From contig JARFQE010000125.1 of assembly GCA_029287915.1 (NCBI GenBank), positions 18,114-82,113 of the forward strand: a stretch of 64,000 bases of DNA, written 5' to 3'. Below are positions 47,921-58,017 of this stretch, piece after piece (the stretch's first letter is position 1; every line of letters starts with the position of its first letter). The translations under genes were made by a program, and so were the position numbers. The notes below the pieces were generated by a model. That model made no database searches. It saw only the letters and a list, made by a program, of their open reading frames with translations, and was not told the origin of the DNA. The stretch comes from Arenicellales bacterium (GTDB lineage: Bacteria; Pseudomonadota; Gammaproteobacteria; BMS3Bbin11).

Positions 47921-49027
47921 TTATGCTATTGCTGTCACTTGTAAACCATAACCACTGTTAGCCCGCATAGCAAACTTTGCTGGCTCAAGCATACCGCCTC
48001 TGCCAAACATCAGGCTGGGTTTACAGATGTCGTACTGAAGCAGGTACGTGCCAAAAGCACCTTCCTGTGCCTGCAGGCACTCCTTTGCCGCTTGCGCGAC
48101 CAGCAATCCGGCGCGAGTCAGCAAACTGGTTTCTCCAACCTGAGAGCCAACTATCATCGGAACACCGTTATTGATTGCCTTATCTACAATTGCCAGGCTA
48201 CGTAGCAATCCACCCATCTTGGATACTCTTAGATTAATGATCCAGCACTCATCAGTGGAAAGCAGTCGGTCGAATTGTGCGATTTTGCTGAAACTTTCAT
48301 CCAGAATAATTTTCGTTCCCAATAAATTGGCGAGCCTGGATAAATCTTCGTAGTGACCCGCCGTGAGCGGTTCCTCTACGGCCCAGAACGGATACTCCAG
48401 TGCTTGAAGATAGACATATGCCGGGGTCAGTTCATTCCAGTAATTATTGGCATCAAACCTGAGCTGAATATTCTTGTCAGAATATTGTTTTAACAGTGCC
48501 ACCTTCTTCCTGTCAGTTTCCATGTTACCCATCAGCTTGATCTTGAAATCTGTCATACCGATGTCCAGATACATGCTCAACAGTTTGTCGAACATGCTAA
48601 CACTATCAGTTCCCAGAATGGCGCTGTATCGGAATGCCCCTGCTAGTTCCTCAAGACCCAGAAATTTTTCCAGGCTCTGCTGTTGTTGCTTTGCCAGCAG
48701 ATCCAGCAAAGCCATCTCCATGGCGCACCAGGCAGATGGATTGGCATCAATACTAAGCTGGTGATCCGTCACCCACTGGCGCAGCGCTGCAAGTTCTGGC
48801 AACCTGCTGACCTCATCATGATGCTTTGTAAAGAACCCCATCACAGATACCATGGTTTCGCCAGTGACATATTCCCTTGGACAGGCTTCACCATAACCTG
48901 TAATGCCATCTGTGGAGCTGGCTGTCACCAGCACACTTTGGGTCCTGCTTCGTTCCGCAGAAGCATGTGAGAAAGCCAGTTTAAACGGGATATTGAGAGA
49001 TTGAATCGTTAGCTTAATTCTGTTCAT
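47921..49027 (-). CDS. Enolase-superfamily enzyme, MLE subgroup (dipeptide epimerase / N-acyl-amino-acid racemase / OSBS-like)
   Basis: 368 aa. KxK (FKIKL), metal ligands D (LRFDAN), E (AVEEP), D (ILDES), and second catalytic Lys (LRVSKMGG). Confidence 0.8.
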   Translation of the reverse strand: MNRIKLTIQSLNIPFKLAFSHASAERSRTQSVLVTASSTDGITGYGEACPREYVTGETMVSVMGFFTKHHDEVSRLPELAALRQWVTDHQLSIDANPSAWCAMEMALLDLLAKQQQQSLEKFLGLEELAGAFRYSAILGTDSVSMFDKLLSMYLDIGMTDFKIKLMGNMETDRKKVALLKQYSDKNIQLRFDANNYWNELTPAYVYLQALEYPFWAVEEPLTAGHYEDLSRLANLLGTKIILDESFSKIAQFDRLLSTDECWIINLRVSKMGGLLRSLAIVDKAINNGVPMIVGSQVGETSLLTRAGLLVAQAAKECLQAQEGAFGTYLLQYDICKPSLMFGRGGMLEPAKFAMRANSGYGLQVTAIA

Positions 49028-49040
49028 CAGGGGCTGCTAT

Positions 49041-51626
49041 TCAAACAAGAAATACATTGAAGTCAAATGACAGGTCCTGCTTATACTGCAGAATAATATG
49101 CTTGTATTGTCCTTCTTTCTGCCCCTGTTTGACACAGGCCTTGCGGTAAACATCACCAGTGCCCTGCTTTAGTCGTAACATTTGCAGTGGCAGCAACCGT
49201 CCACTGCCGCGTTTGGCCCTGTATTCCATATTCAAAATAGATAGCTGCTGATCAATTCGTTCAGCCACTTTGTCGATCGACTGTCCATGCATCGTCGGGA
49301 CTTCTATATATAAGGTATACCTGGACTGCACAGGATCTGCCACCATGACATAGAAAACCGGGTTCAAATCACACGCAGTTTTCACTGCTTCAATGACCTG
49401 GCTCTCATAGATCTTTTCACCAGTAATACTGGTAACACCCCTACCCTTCTGGACAAACACTAACAGCGGTGTCTTATTCAAATAACCTTCTACACGGACG
49501 ATGTCATTCATAAAATAACGGTATAAACCACTACCCGTCGTCACCACGACATAATATTCTTTGCCCTGATCTAGCTGATGCAATAGTTGATATTGTGCAT
49601 GGCCACTTTCGTATTCATCAACAGCAATAAACTCGAAAAAATTATCCTGTAGCGTAGGTATGCCGGCACCATTCTGTTCATCATAGGGGAGAGTCCCGCG
49701 AAACTCACTGGACACATAACCAAGCTCTGTAATAGCGGTCGAGCTATCGATACTTTGCTGCAGTGCTCCGACAGCAATCCCACAACTGCCTCCGGTCCAG
49801 GTGGTAATCATCTGCAGCGAGGGCCAGACATCTTTCAGGTGAATTTTGGATTGCTGTTGCTCAATTATACGTAATTCCCTGGACCTTACCGGATCAGGTT
49901 TCAATATCTGTGTCAGAGTGTCACGTAAACCTTGCGGCAATTCTGTGATGCCTTCGACGGTGCCCATTTCAATATCCCTGACGTAATTTTTCATATTGTT
50001 GTTCATTAGCGATTCAAGCTTTAACAGCGTGCTGGGATTTGCACAGACAATATAACTCAGGTCACTATGGCCCAATGCTAGACGCAGGATGAGATAATAC
50101 TTAAGCTCATAATCATCAATAGCGAAGACAGCTGCCGGTATAACATACCTGCTTTGTACAAGCTTCGGCATTTTCATATTCAAGACACCGGAGATCGACC
50201 CATAGGGAATGCCCCGCTTGGTATATCCTTCAATTCCAGCCCCCACAATGCCCAGATAGCTGCCTGCAAACGCAGCAGGTTTTCTACGATACTGTAAATA
50301 GGTGAAAAGTTTCTGATCACGCTTGTACCTTTTCAGCATGTGCTCTCCTACTGGCAGGAATTTTGCTTCTGCGGTGGTGCCGCTGGTGACAGCAAAAAGA
50401 ACGGGTTTTTCCGTTATAAGTGCCGGCACCTGAGAATCCATCTGCTCATCAACATAGGCCCGTATCGCCTCGTACTCATTGACCGCCACCAACTGACAAT
50501 ACCGTGTATAAATCGCTTCACTATTAATGATGCTTTCGAAGTCGTGGTCCTTGCCATAGCGAGTATCCTGATTCTTAGTCAGGATAGACTGCAGCAGCTT
50601 ATGCTGTAAGCGCGCAGGATTCCGGGTGGCTTTTAGCAATGGCCGCCAGTACAGTGTTTCGATGATTAGCATGTACAGGCGGAACCACAGGCCTGTTACC
50701 CAATTCCTTAGTTGAATAAGCTGCCACCGACTATCATCACTGACTTCTGCTACTGAAGTAAAAGGTGCTACAAGCTGGGCGCCGAAATCCATCGGATAGG
50801 TATCGTTTTGTAAACCTAGCTGGTGTATGTCCCGACCATCTGGCAGGTAACGTGTACCAAACAGTATGTCCCAGATAATCAGATTATTACCATAATTATT
50901 ATTGGATTCTTCAGTAATCCGGGAATGGTGCCAACGGTGCAGCTCGGCTGTGCTGATCAGATAGTTTAGTGGGCCGAATTTCATTTGCACGTTGGAGTGT
51001 TGAAGAAAACCATTAACGGCATAAAACACAAAATACAGAGCGATCACGTGCTCATTTACCCCAAGCAGGATAAATGGCAGAGCATCTAGCAGATACTGAA
51101 GGGCCTTATCAAGCGGGTGGAAACGGCCTACATTGAGCCAGTAGAGTTTACGCGGGGAATGATGAACTGCATGGAAGCGCCATAACAACGCATTCTCATG
51201 CGCCAGCCGGTGCAGCCAGTAACGCAGAAAATCGGCACTAACCAGCATAAGTACAGCCTGCGCTGGTAGCGGCCAGGCATGTGGCCACAATGATGATGCT
51301 GGTATATGGCCCGATATATTGCCAACCACTACTATCACCAGCAGCAGGCCCAGCAACCTCGGAAACAGCACCTGGATCAATATCATGTACACCGCATCCT
51401 GCCTAACATCCTGCCAGGTACCTTGCCACGAGTTTTCATGAGGCATGATCCTCTCCAGGACGGTCACCATAACGGTGCCCAGTAATACCGGGATCATGGT
51501 GGCTATTTCCAGGCTTGCACCATTTGTCAGCAGTAAGCCATGCAGCAACAAGCTCGATATCATCAGTACAGGGTAAATAGACCAGGAAAAGAGAAGCGAC
51601 TTTCTATGCGCGGAAAATGACATCAA
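49041..51626 (-). CDS. Fusion protein: N-terminal fatty-acid hydroxylase/sterol desaturase domain + C-terminal GH3-family adenylating acyl-acid amido synthetase domain
   Basis: 861 aa. N-terminal ~290 aa with multiple TM helices and histidine boxes HRLAHE, HAVHHS, HRWHHS. C-terminal ~560 aa with GH3 motifs VTSGTTAEAKFLP (P-loop-like), GYVSSE, YRYFMNDIVRV. Confidence 0.8.
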   Translation of the reverse strand: MMSFSAHRKSLLFSWSIYPVLMISSLLLHGLLLTNGASLEIATMIPVLLGTVMVTVLERIMPHENSWQGTWQDVRQDAVYMILIQVLFPRLLGLLLVIVVVGNISGHIPASSLWPHAWPLPAQAVLMLVSADFLRYWLHRLAHENALLWRFHAVHHSPRKLYWLNVGRFHPLDKALQYLLDALPFILLGVNEHVIALYFVFYAVNGFLQHSNVQMKFGPLNYLISTAELHRWHHSRITEESNNNYGNNLIIWDILFGTRYLPDGRDIHQLGLQNDTYPMDFGAQLVAPFTSVAEVSDDSRWQLIQLRNWVTGLWFRLYMLIIETLYWRPLLKATRNPARLQHKLLQSILTKNQDTRYGKDHDFESIINSEAIYTRYCQLVAVNEYEAIRAYVDEQMDSQVPALITEKPVLFAVTSGTTAEAKFLPVGEHMLKRYKRDQKLFTYLQYRRKPAAFAGSYLGIVGAGIEGYTKRGIPYGSISGVLNMKMPKLVQSRYVIPAAVFAIDDYELKYYLILRLALGHSDLSYIVCANPSTLLKLESLMNNNMKNYVRDIEMGTVEGITELPQGLRDTLTQILKPDPVRSRELRIIEQQQSKIHLKDVWPSLQMITTWTGGSCGIAVGALQQSIDSSTAITELGYVSSEFRGTLPYDEQNGAGIPTLQDNFFEFIAVDEYESGHAQYQLLHQLDQGKEYYVVVTTGSGLYRYFMNDIVRVEGYLNKTPLLVFVQKGRGVTSITGEKIYESQVIEAVKTACDLNPVFYVMVADPVQSRYTLYIEVPTMHGQSIDKVAERIDQQLSILNMEYRAKRGSGRLLPLQMLRLKQGTGDVYRKACVKQGQKEGQYKHIILQYKQDLSFDFNVFLV

Positions 51627-51643
51627 CTTAGCAGGACATGTAA

Positions 51644-52066
51644 TCAGGGAGATCGATCACTACGAACATGGTATATGCCTGGCAGAATTATGAACAATGC
51701 CAGCACCAGGTGAAACAGTGATGGCAACCACTGGCCGAACCACTGATGTCCAGGCAGGATAAACAGGCCAATTATCAGCCTGCCCAGCATCAACGTAAAA
51801 TACAGCCCTCCCACCCACAGCAAGCCAATCCCCAGACGCCGGCCTGGTGTCACCACGTTGCTGCTGAAACGGTAACTGACAAAAGCCATCAAAAGCAGGA
51901 TCAATAACTGTGAGCACAGTAACACCTCATAGGGCACGACGCCACTTTGCCAAACATCAAATGCAGGTAAAAATGAAACTGGATGGAGATGCTGAACAAG
52001 TTGCCCAAGCACACGAAAGCAGAATAATGCCCACAATAACCACAGACCAAAGGCGTAGCCTTTCAC
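51644..52066 (-). CDS. Small integral membrane protein (4 TM), unknown function
   Basis: 140 aa hydrophobic ORF wedged between the ABC permease and the fusion gene, same strand. Confidence 0.5.
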   Translation of the reverse strand: MKGYAFGLWLLWALFCFRVLGQLVQHLHPVSFLPAFDVWQSGVVPYEVLLCSQLLILLLMAFVSYRFSSNVVTPGRRLGIGLLWVGGLYFTLMLGRLIIGLFILPGHQWFGQWLPSLFHLVLALFIILPGIYHVRSDRSP

Positions 52067-52133
52067 TGTGTGCCACAGGTATGTTGTGCTGCGTAATCCA
52101 CCTCCGGCTTGTTACATTGCATACCTGGAGCCT

Positions 52134-52895
52134 TCAGTTCTTGAGCCGATATCCGGTCTTGAATATCCACCATATGCCTGTCAGGCAAAGTAGCATAAAG
52201 ACCATTATCATTGCCAGACTAATACCAACATTGACATCGGCAACTCCGTAAAAACTCCAGCGAAAGCCGCTGATCAGGTACACCACCGGGTTGAAAAGAG
52301 TCACCTTCTGCCAGAATGGCGGTAGCATACTGATCGAATAAAAAGCACCGCCGAGAAAGGTCAATGGTGTGATCACCATCATGGGGATAATCTGCAACTT
52401 CTGGAAGTCATCGGCCCACAGGCCAATGATGAAACCGAACAGGCTGAATGAAATCGCCGTTAGCAACAAAAAACTCACCATCATTACCGGATGCATTATC
52501 TGGTAATCTACAAAAAACCTCGCGGTGATAAGTATTAAGCCACCAATGATTAATGACTTGGAGGCCGCCGCTCCGACATATCCGATAACGACTTCTACTG
52601 GTGAAACTGGCGCCGATAACACCTCGTAGATTGTACCCGAGAATTTCGGAAAATAGATACCAAACGAGGCATTGGAGATGCTCTCACCCAGCAGCGACAG
52701 CATCAGGAGGCCCGGAATAATAAAAGAACCGTAGCTGATACCGTCAATATCACCCATGCGTGAGCCGATCGCTGCACCGAACACTATGAAATAGAGCGAG
52801 GTAGTTAGTATAGGTGAAGCTATACTCTCCATCAGTGTGCGCCAGGTACGCGACATTTCAAAAACATAAATAGCGCGGATGGCATAGATATTCAT
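52134..52895 (-). CDS. ABC-2 type exporter permease
   Basis: 253 aa, six TM helices, ABC-2 family pattern; 4-nt overlap with the ATPase gene. Confidence 0.8.
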   Translation of the reverse strand: MNIYAIRAIYVFEMSRTWRTLMESIASPILTTSLYFIVFGAAIGSRMGDIDGISYGSFIIPGLLMLSLLGESISNASFGIYFPKFSGTIYEVLSAPVSPVEVVIGYVGAAASKSLIIGGLILITARFFVDYQIMHPVMMVSFLLLTAISFSLFGFIIGLWADDFQKLQIIPMMVITPLTFLGGAFYSISMLPPFWQKVTLFNPVVYLISGFRWSFYGVADVNVGISLAMIMVFMLLCLTGIWWIFKTGYRLKN

Positions 52896-53818
52896 GATTT
52901 ATCCCTCACCAGGCTTACAAAAATATCTTCCAGTGAACTTTGACTGGAATGCAGGTCTTTAAAATCAATACCAAACTGGCTCAGCTTGCGCAAAAGTTCC
53001 GAGATACCGGTGTGCTCTTTCTGTACATCGAAGGTAAAAACCAGCACCTCGCCATCTTGTGACAATTCCAGCGGGTAGCCAGCGAGCTCGTCTGGCAAAC
53101 TTTTTAACGGATGCTGCAAGGTCAGGGCCAGTTGCTTCTTACCCAGTTTATTCATCAATACAGTCTTCTCCTCGATCACACTGATCTGTCCATCATTGAT
53201 CACGCCAATTCGATCAGCCATCTCTTCAGCTTCTTCGATATAGTGAGTAGTCAGGATAATGGTGACGCCGCTATCTCGTAAGCGCCTGACCATATTCCAC
53301 ATACCTCGTCGCTGTTCAACATCAATACCAGCCGTCGGTTCATCAAGGAACAGGATTTTCGGTTCGTGGGCAAGCGCCTTGGCAATCAACACGCGACGCT
53401 TCATGCCGCCTGACAGATTAACTATCCTCTCATCCCGCTTGTCCCATAACGAAAGATCACGCAATACCGATTCGATATAGACAGGGTTGGATGGCTTACC
53501 GAACAGGCCACGACTGAAATTCATCGTTGTCAGCACGCTTTCAAAGGTTGCAATGGAAAGTTCCTGGGGCACCAGTCCAATCATTGATCGTGCTGCACGA
53601 AAATTCAGCACTATGTCATGCTTATCAACAGTAACATCACCTTCGCCTGGGGTGACAATGCCGCAGATGATGCTGATCAAAGTCGTCTTGCCAGCGCCGT
53701 TGGGGCCCAACAGGGCGAAGATCTCTCCCTTATGAATGTCCAGGTTGATATTGTTAAGGGCAAGTAAACCAGTGGAATAGGTTTTGCTGAGATTTCTGAT
53801 TGTAATGATTGACTCCAC
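52892..53818 (-). CDS. ABC transporter ATP-binding protein (ABC-2/DrrA-like)
   Basis: 308 aa. Walker [10 protein letters not shown], signature LSGGMKRR, Walker B ILFLDEP, plus C-terminal accessory domain. Confidence 0.9.
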   Translation of the reverse strand: MESIITIRNLSKTYSTGLLALNNINLDIHKGEIFALLGPNGAGKTTLISIICGIVTPGEGDVTVDKHDIVLNFRAARSMIGLVPQELSIATFESVLTTMNFSRGLFGKPSNPVYIESVLRDLSLWDKRDERIVNLSGGMKRRVLIAKALAHEPKILFLDEPTAGIDVEQRRGMWNMVRRLRDSGVTIILTTHYIEEAEEMADRIGVINDGQISVIEEKTVLMNKLGKKQLALTLQHPLKSLPDELAGYPLELSQDGEVLVFTFDVQKEHTGISELLRKLSQFGIDFKDLHSSQSSLEDIFVSLVRDKS

Positions 53819-54034
53819 ACAGCCTCCATAATGGTGTCAGTAAACAGCTGGCATTATATACAATATAATTATAACCATATGTCAGGAAATCAATTACCCG
53901 ATCTAGCGCTAAACAGCTATCATGCGAAACTAGAAAACAACAAACAAAGATAGCCAGTGATAGAGTGACTTATCATCACAAGCCTTACAGCTGGATTATT
54001 CGCCAGGAAATAAAAGACCTAATTAGATAGTTAA

Positions 54035-55249
54035 ATGAAAGTTGCAATAATTGGAGGTGGTGCGGCCGGTTTCTTTTCAGCTATTACAGTGAAGGAGAAT
54101 CACCCCGAGGCCGACGTTGTTATTTTCGAAAAATCAAAAAAGCTGCTGGCCAAGGTTAAAATTTCTGGAGGGGGTAGATGTAATGTCACCAACGCCTGTC
54201 CATCCATAAAGAAACTATCTGAATCTTATCCGAGAGGTGCAAAAGCTCTAAAAAAAGCCTTCCATATCTTCGATAACAAACATGCCATGCAATGGTTTGA
54301 GTGCAGAGGAGTCCCGCTGGTCATACAACATGACAACTGTGTTTTTCCGGCCTCACAGAGCTCACAAAGTATAATTGATTGCTTTCTGAATCAAACTAAA
54401 AAATTAAACGTTGAAATTAAAACGGGCCGAGGAATAAATAACATTAGACAAATCGGTGACAAGCTCGAACTGGGCTTTATTAACACAGATATTTCCTCGA
54501 GAATCTTTGACAAGGTAATTGTCGCCACAGGCGGCTCACCAAAAAGAGAGGGACTAGTGTGGCTCGAAAAATTACATCACAAGATTGAAGACCCCGTCCC
54601 TTCATTATTCACATTCAATCTGCCTGCTGAATCGATTACTGAGCTGATGGGAATCGTTGTACAAAACACGTTGGTAAGCATACAGGGAACAAAGTTTAAA
54701 TCCGAAGGTCCGCTGCTTATTACACATTGGGGAATGAGTGGCCCTGCGATTTTGAAACTATCGGCTTTCGCAGCCAGATTTCTAAATGAAAAAGGATATA
54801 AGTTCAACACCCGGGTGAACTGGACCAATGTCCAGAATCATGATGCTGTCATGCTATATCTAAAAAACATTGTTAATGAACATCCGGGTAAATTATTAGC
54901 AAATATTCGGCCATACTCCATAGCTGGAAGACTGTGGCGATATCTGCTTGAGAAAATTGACTTGTCGGAAAAGAAAAAGTGGGGAGAACTCGGTAACAAA
55001 GGCCTGAATAAACTGGTAGCTGTATTGACCAATGATATTTATTCTGTCGATGGCAAAACTACATTTAAAGAAGAGTTTGTAACTTGTGGTGGCGTTAGTC
55101 TGGCAAGTATCGACTTTAATACCATGCAGAGCAAAGTGTGTAAAAACCTGTATTTTGCCGGAGAGGTAATGGACATCGACGGTATAACTGGAGGTTATAA
55201 TTTTCAGGCAGCATGGACGACCGCATTTATTGCAGCCAAATTGGGCTAG
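54035..55249 (+). CDS. HI0933/BaiN-family NAD(P)/FAD-dependent oxidoreductase (aminoacetone-oxidase-like flavoprotein)
   Basis: 404 aa, VAIIGGGAAGFFSA...KVKISGGGRCNVTNA N-terminal signature of the YhiN/HI0933 family. Confidence 0.85.
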   Translation: MKVAIIGGGAAGFFSAITVKENHPEADVVIFEKSKKLLAKVKISGGGRCNVTNACPSIKKLSESYPRGAKALKKAFHIFDNKHAMQWFECRGVPLVIQHDNCVFPASQSSQSIIDCFLNQTKKLNVEIKTGRGINNIRQIGDKLELGFINTDISSRIFDKVIVATGGSPKREGLVWLEKLHHKIEDPVPSLFTFNLPAESITELMGIVVQNTLVSIQGTKFKSEGPLLITHWGMSGPAILKLSAFAARFLNEKGYKFNTRVNWTNVQNHDAVMLYLKNIVNEHPGKLLANIRPYSIAGRLWRYLLEKIDLSEKKKWGELGNKGLNKLVAVLTNDIYSVDGKTTFKEEFVTCGGVSLASIDFNTMQSKVCKNLYFAGEVMDIDGITGGYNFQAAWTTAFIAAKLG

Positions 55250-55448
55250 CAGGTAGTTCAGTAATGATAAGTAAAAAGTTTTACTCAAAAATAAACATTG
55301 CTGGCAGCAGATGATGGCCGACGATGGTAGATAGATGCCAGCTTGCAAGCGTCAACAAATGATTTGTATAAAAAAGACCGGAGAAATCCGGTCTTTGATA
55401 ATCACTTATTAAGATAGTTATCGCGGTATTTTATTTGTCGTATGGGTA

Positions 55449-56324
55449 TTACATACTGGATTCCAGTGCCCTGATGCGCACCTCAAGTGGCGGGTGAGTG
55501 CTGAATAACTCCTTCAGTCCGGCACCGCTAATACCGAATGCTGCCATCTCATCAGGCAGCGGTTGAGGATCATGCGCCTGCTGCAGACGACGCAGGGCGT
55601 TAATCATCTTGCCGCGACCGGCAAGTTTTGCGCCACCGGCATCTGCCTTAAACTCACGCCGGCGTGAGAACCAGGAAACGATAATATTTGCCAGTAGTGA
55701 AAAGATGATCTGCCCGATAAATGAACCGATATAGTAGCCAATACCAAACCCACGTTCATTCTTCATGATTACCCGGTCGATGAAGTGGCCCACTACCCGC
55801 GAGAAAAAAATTACAAAGGTATTTACCACTCCCTGTATCAGGGTCAATGTGACCATATCGCCATTACTCACATGGGTGATTTCATGGCCGACCACAGCTT
55901 CTGCTTCATCTCTGGTCATCTGCTGCAGGAGACCACTACTGACAGCAACCAGTGCATTGTTTCTGTTGGCACCGGTTGCAAAAGCATTGGGCGTCGGGGA
56001 ATCGAAAATGCCCACTTCCGGCATACCGATACCTGCCTGCTGAGACTGCTGTCTGACGATATTCAACAACCATTCTTCGGTCCGATTTCCTGGTGCTTCT
56101 ATTATATTTACGCCCATGGAACGCTTTGCCAGCCATTTTGACATCAGTAGTGAGATGATGGATCCGCCAAAACCGATGACGCCGGACATGACCAGCAGCG
56201 CGGAGAGGTTAAGATCTACACCATTTTCAGCAAGAATCCCCTCTAGCCCAAGAAGCTGAAAGATTATGCTGATTAATAGCAGGATAGCGAAATTTGTCGC
56301 CAGAAAAAGGCCAATTCTTAACAT
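55449..56324 (-). CDS. htpX: Membrane zinc metalloprotease HtpX
   Basis: 291 aa, N-terminal TM helices, HEITHVSNGD (HExxH) zinc site, typical HtpX layout. Confidence 0.95.
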   Translation of the reverse strand: MLRIGLFLATNFAILLLISIIFQLLGLEGILAENGVDLNLSALLVMSGVIGFGGSIISLLMSKWLAKRSMGVNIIEAPGNRTEEWLLNIVRQQSQQAGIGMPEVGIFDSPTPNAFATGANRNNALVAVSSGLLQQMTRDEAEAVVGHEITHVSNGDMVTLTLIQGVVNTFVIFFSRVVGHFIDRVIMKNERGFGIGYYIGSFIGQIIFSLLANIIVSWFSRRREFKADAGGAKLAGRGKMINALRRLQQAHDPQPLPDEMAAFGISGAGLKELFSTHPPLEVRIRALESSM

Positions 56325-56576
56325 AGTAGTTTCACCAGGAGTTTTCAGGGTTGTCAGTGATCATCTGAACAAGCACGGGTATCATAGAGTAAGATTCAAA
56401 ATTTTCAGGTTAGTTCAATGTGTTTCGCCGCATACGGGCTAAAGCGATGATCTTTAACCAGGAAGCATGACATATTTCATTCGAGCTATTCAATCATCTC
56501 CATTTCACATGCACCTCTAATAATTATATGGTGTATAAGGAGGAAAAAAAACTCACACAGACTTTATCCCCAACAC

Positions 56577-56849
56577 TGGGATATTTATCCAGCTGCAGAC
56601 TGCAATACCCCTGCTTCAAACAATATCGATTCTGTTTCTGCTATTGCCAACAAGGTCCTGCAAGCCGTTCTGGAGAGCTATACACTGCAGCACCATGTGC
56701 TAAGCATCTCTGCCAGCATTGGAATCAGCCGCCACCCTGAAAACAGTGAGAATGTTGATAAACTGATGAAACAGGCAGATATCGCCATGTATAAGGCTAA
56801 ACAAGAAGGAAAAAATCGCTTCGAGCTCTTTGACCCATCTATGGAATAG
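56577..56849 (+). pseudogene. Remnant of the C-terminal third of a GGDEF domain (no GGDEF motif, no plausible start)
   Basis: In-frame translation ...DSVSAIANKVLQAVLESYTLQHHVLSISASIGISRHPENSENVDKLMKQADIAMYKAKQEGKNRFELFDPSME* matches the post-motif segment of diguanylate cyclases (S-x-GI-A...AD-A-Y-AK-G-N). No upstream GGDEF or sensor part is present. Track ORF 56528..56740 is in a different frame. Confidence 0.55.
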
Positions 56850-56964
56850 CAGGCCCAAGGTTCCCGTCAATAAAGAAAAAAACTGGGATATGATCCCGAT
56901 TTTGAATAAATATCATGTATTATTTGCAATTCCCTGTTACTAAAAGATGTACTAAGGTGAACTC

Positions 56965-57219
56965 ATGCGCTTCACACAAGAACAAATGGCTGAAATCGAT
57001 ATACTGATTCGCTATAAGCTGGAAACCACCCAGCAAGGCATCAAAGTACACTCGAGCGCAAGCAATGAGAAGATCGAAGCAGTACAGCGCTTATATGACA
57101 AAGGTCTGGTCACACAAGTCGACGGTGGTTATCTCACCGATCTTGGCAGGAGAGCTGCTGAACACGCACAGGCTCTATTACTGATACTGGCACCACATAA
57201 TAATAGTGTTGCCAGCTAG
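56965..57219 (+). CDS. Hypothetical small protein (84 aa)
   Basis: ORF with upstream AAGGTGA SD; charged helical protein; family not recognised. Confidence 0.45.
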   Translation: MRFTQEQMAEIDILIRYKLETTQQGIKVHSSASNEKIEAVQRLYDKGLVTQVDGGYLTDLGRRAAEHAQALLLILAPHNNSVAS

Positions 57220-57519
57220 CTGCTTCTCGAGGTAAAAACACGTCATTTACAACACTGCCCCATCACAGACAATACAGCTGTGATTCTAATTTTTCTATTT
57301 TTTAATGAAAAGGCTAGTTAACCTGACCGGCTCCAGCGAGTAACATTCTGAATCAGATCTTGTTTTACATTTACATTGTGTCAAGCAGAGATCTAATCCC
57401 GAATATTATAGTATATGTGTTTCTCAACTGTTTAATTACAAACGTGGAATACCACGGCAATATGCTATAATCAGCAGGATTTTAATTCTTTAACTCATTG
57501 TATTAAGGGATCCTGTATT

Positions 57520-57996
57520 ATGCAGCTGATACACCTGTTCCGACTTGCCTTACTGTCCCTAGCAATTCTTTCCGTCACACCAGCTTTCGCAGCAGATGCT
57601 GAATCGACACCACCGCCATATTACAAGTGGAAGATTGAGAATTATGCTATCAACTCCCCCCTTAACAATCTCATCGGAGATGCGAAACGCGGCCAGGAAA
57701 TTGCCGGTAACCAGTCCCGCGGGAACTGCCTGGCCTGCCATCTGTTACCTATTCCCGAAGAACAGTTTTTCGGCAATCTCGGGCCGCCCTTGACGGGCAT
57801 CGGTTCACGTCAGTCGGTCGGCATGATCCGCCTACACGTGGTCGATCAGTCACGCTTCAATCCAGAAACCGTAATGCCCGGCTACTACCGACCACCGTCA
57901 CAGTTAAACCGGGTTGCCAAAGAACTTGAAGGCAGAACCTGGCTCAACGCGCAGGAAATTGAAGACGTTGTGGCCTATCTTGCAAGCTTGAAATAA
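57520..57996 (+). CDS. soxX: Sulfur-oxidation c-type cytochrome SoxX
   Basis: 158 aa, signal peptide, single haem motif GNCLACH, size and context (immediately upstream of soxA) typical of SoxX. Confidence 0.85.
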   Translation: MQLIHLFRLALLSLAILSVTPAFAADAESTPPPYYKWKIENYAINSPLNNLIGDAKRGQEIAGNQSRGNCLACHLLPIPEEQFFGNLGPPLTGIGSRQSVGMIRLHVVDQSRFNPETVMPGYYRPPSQLNRVAKELEGRTWLNAQEIEDVVAYLASLK

Positions 57997-58017
57997 ATAA
58001 CCTGGAAAACCTTATTT

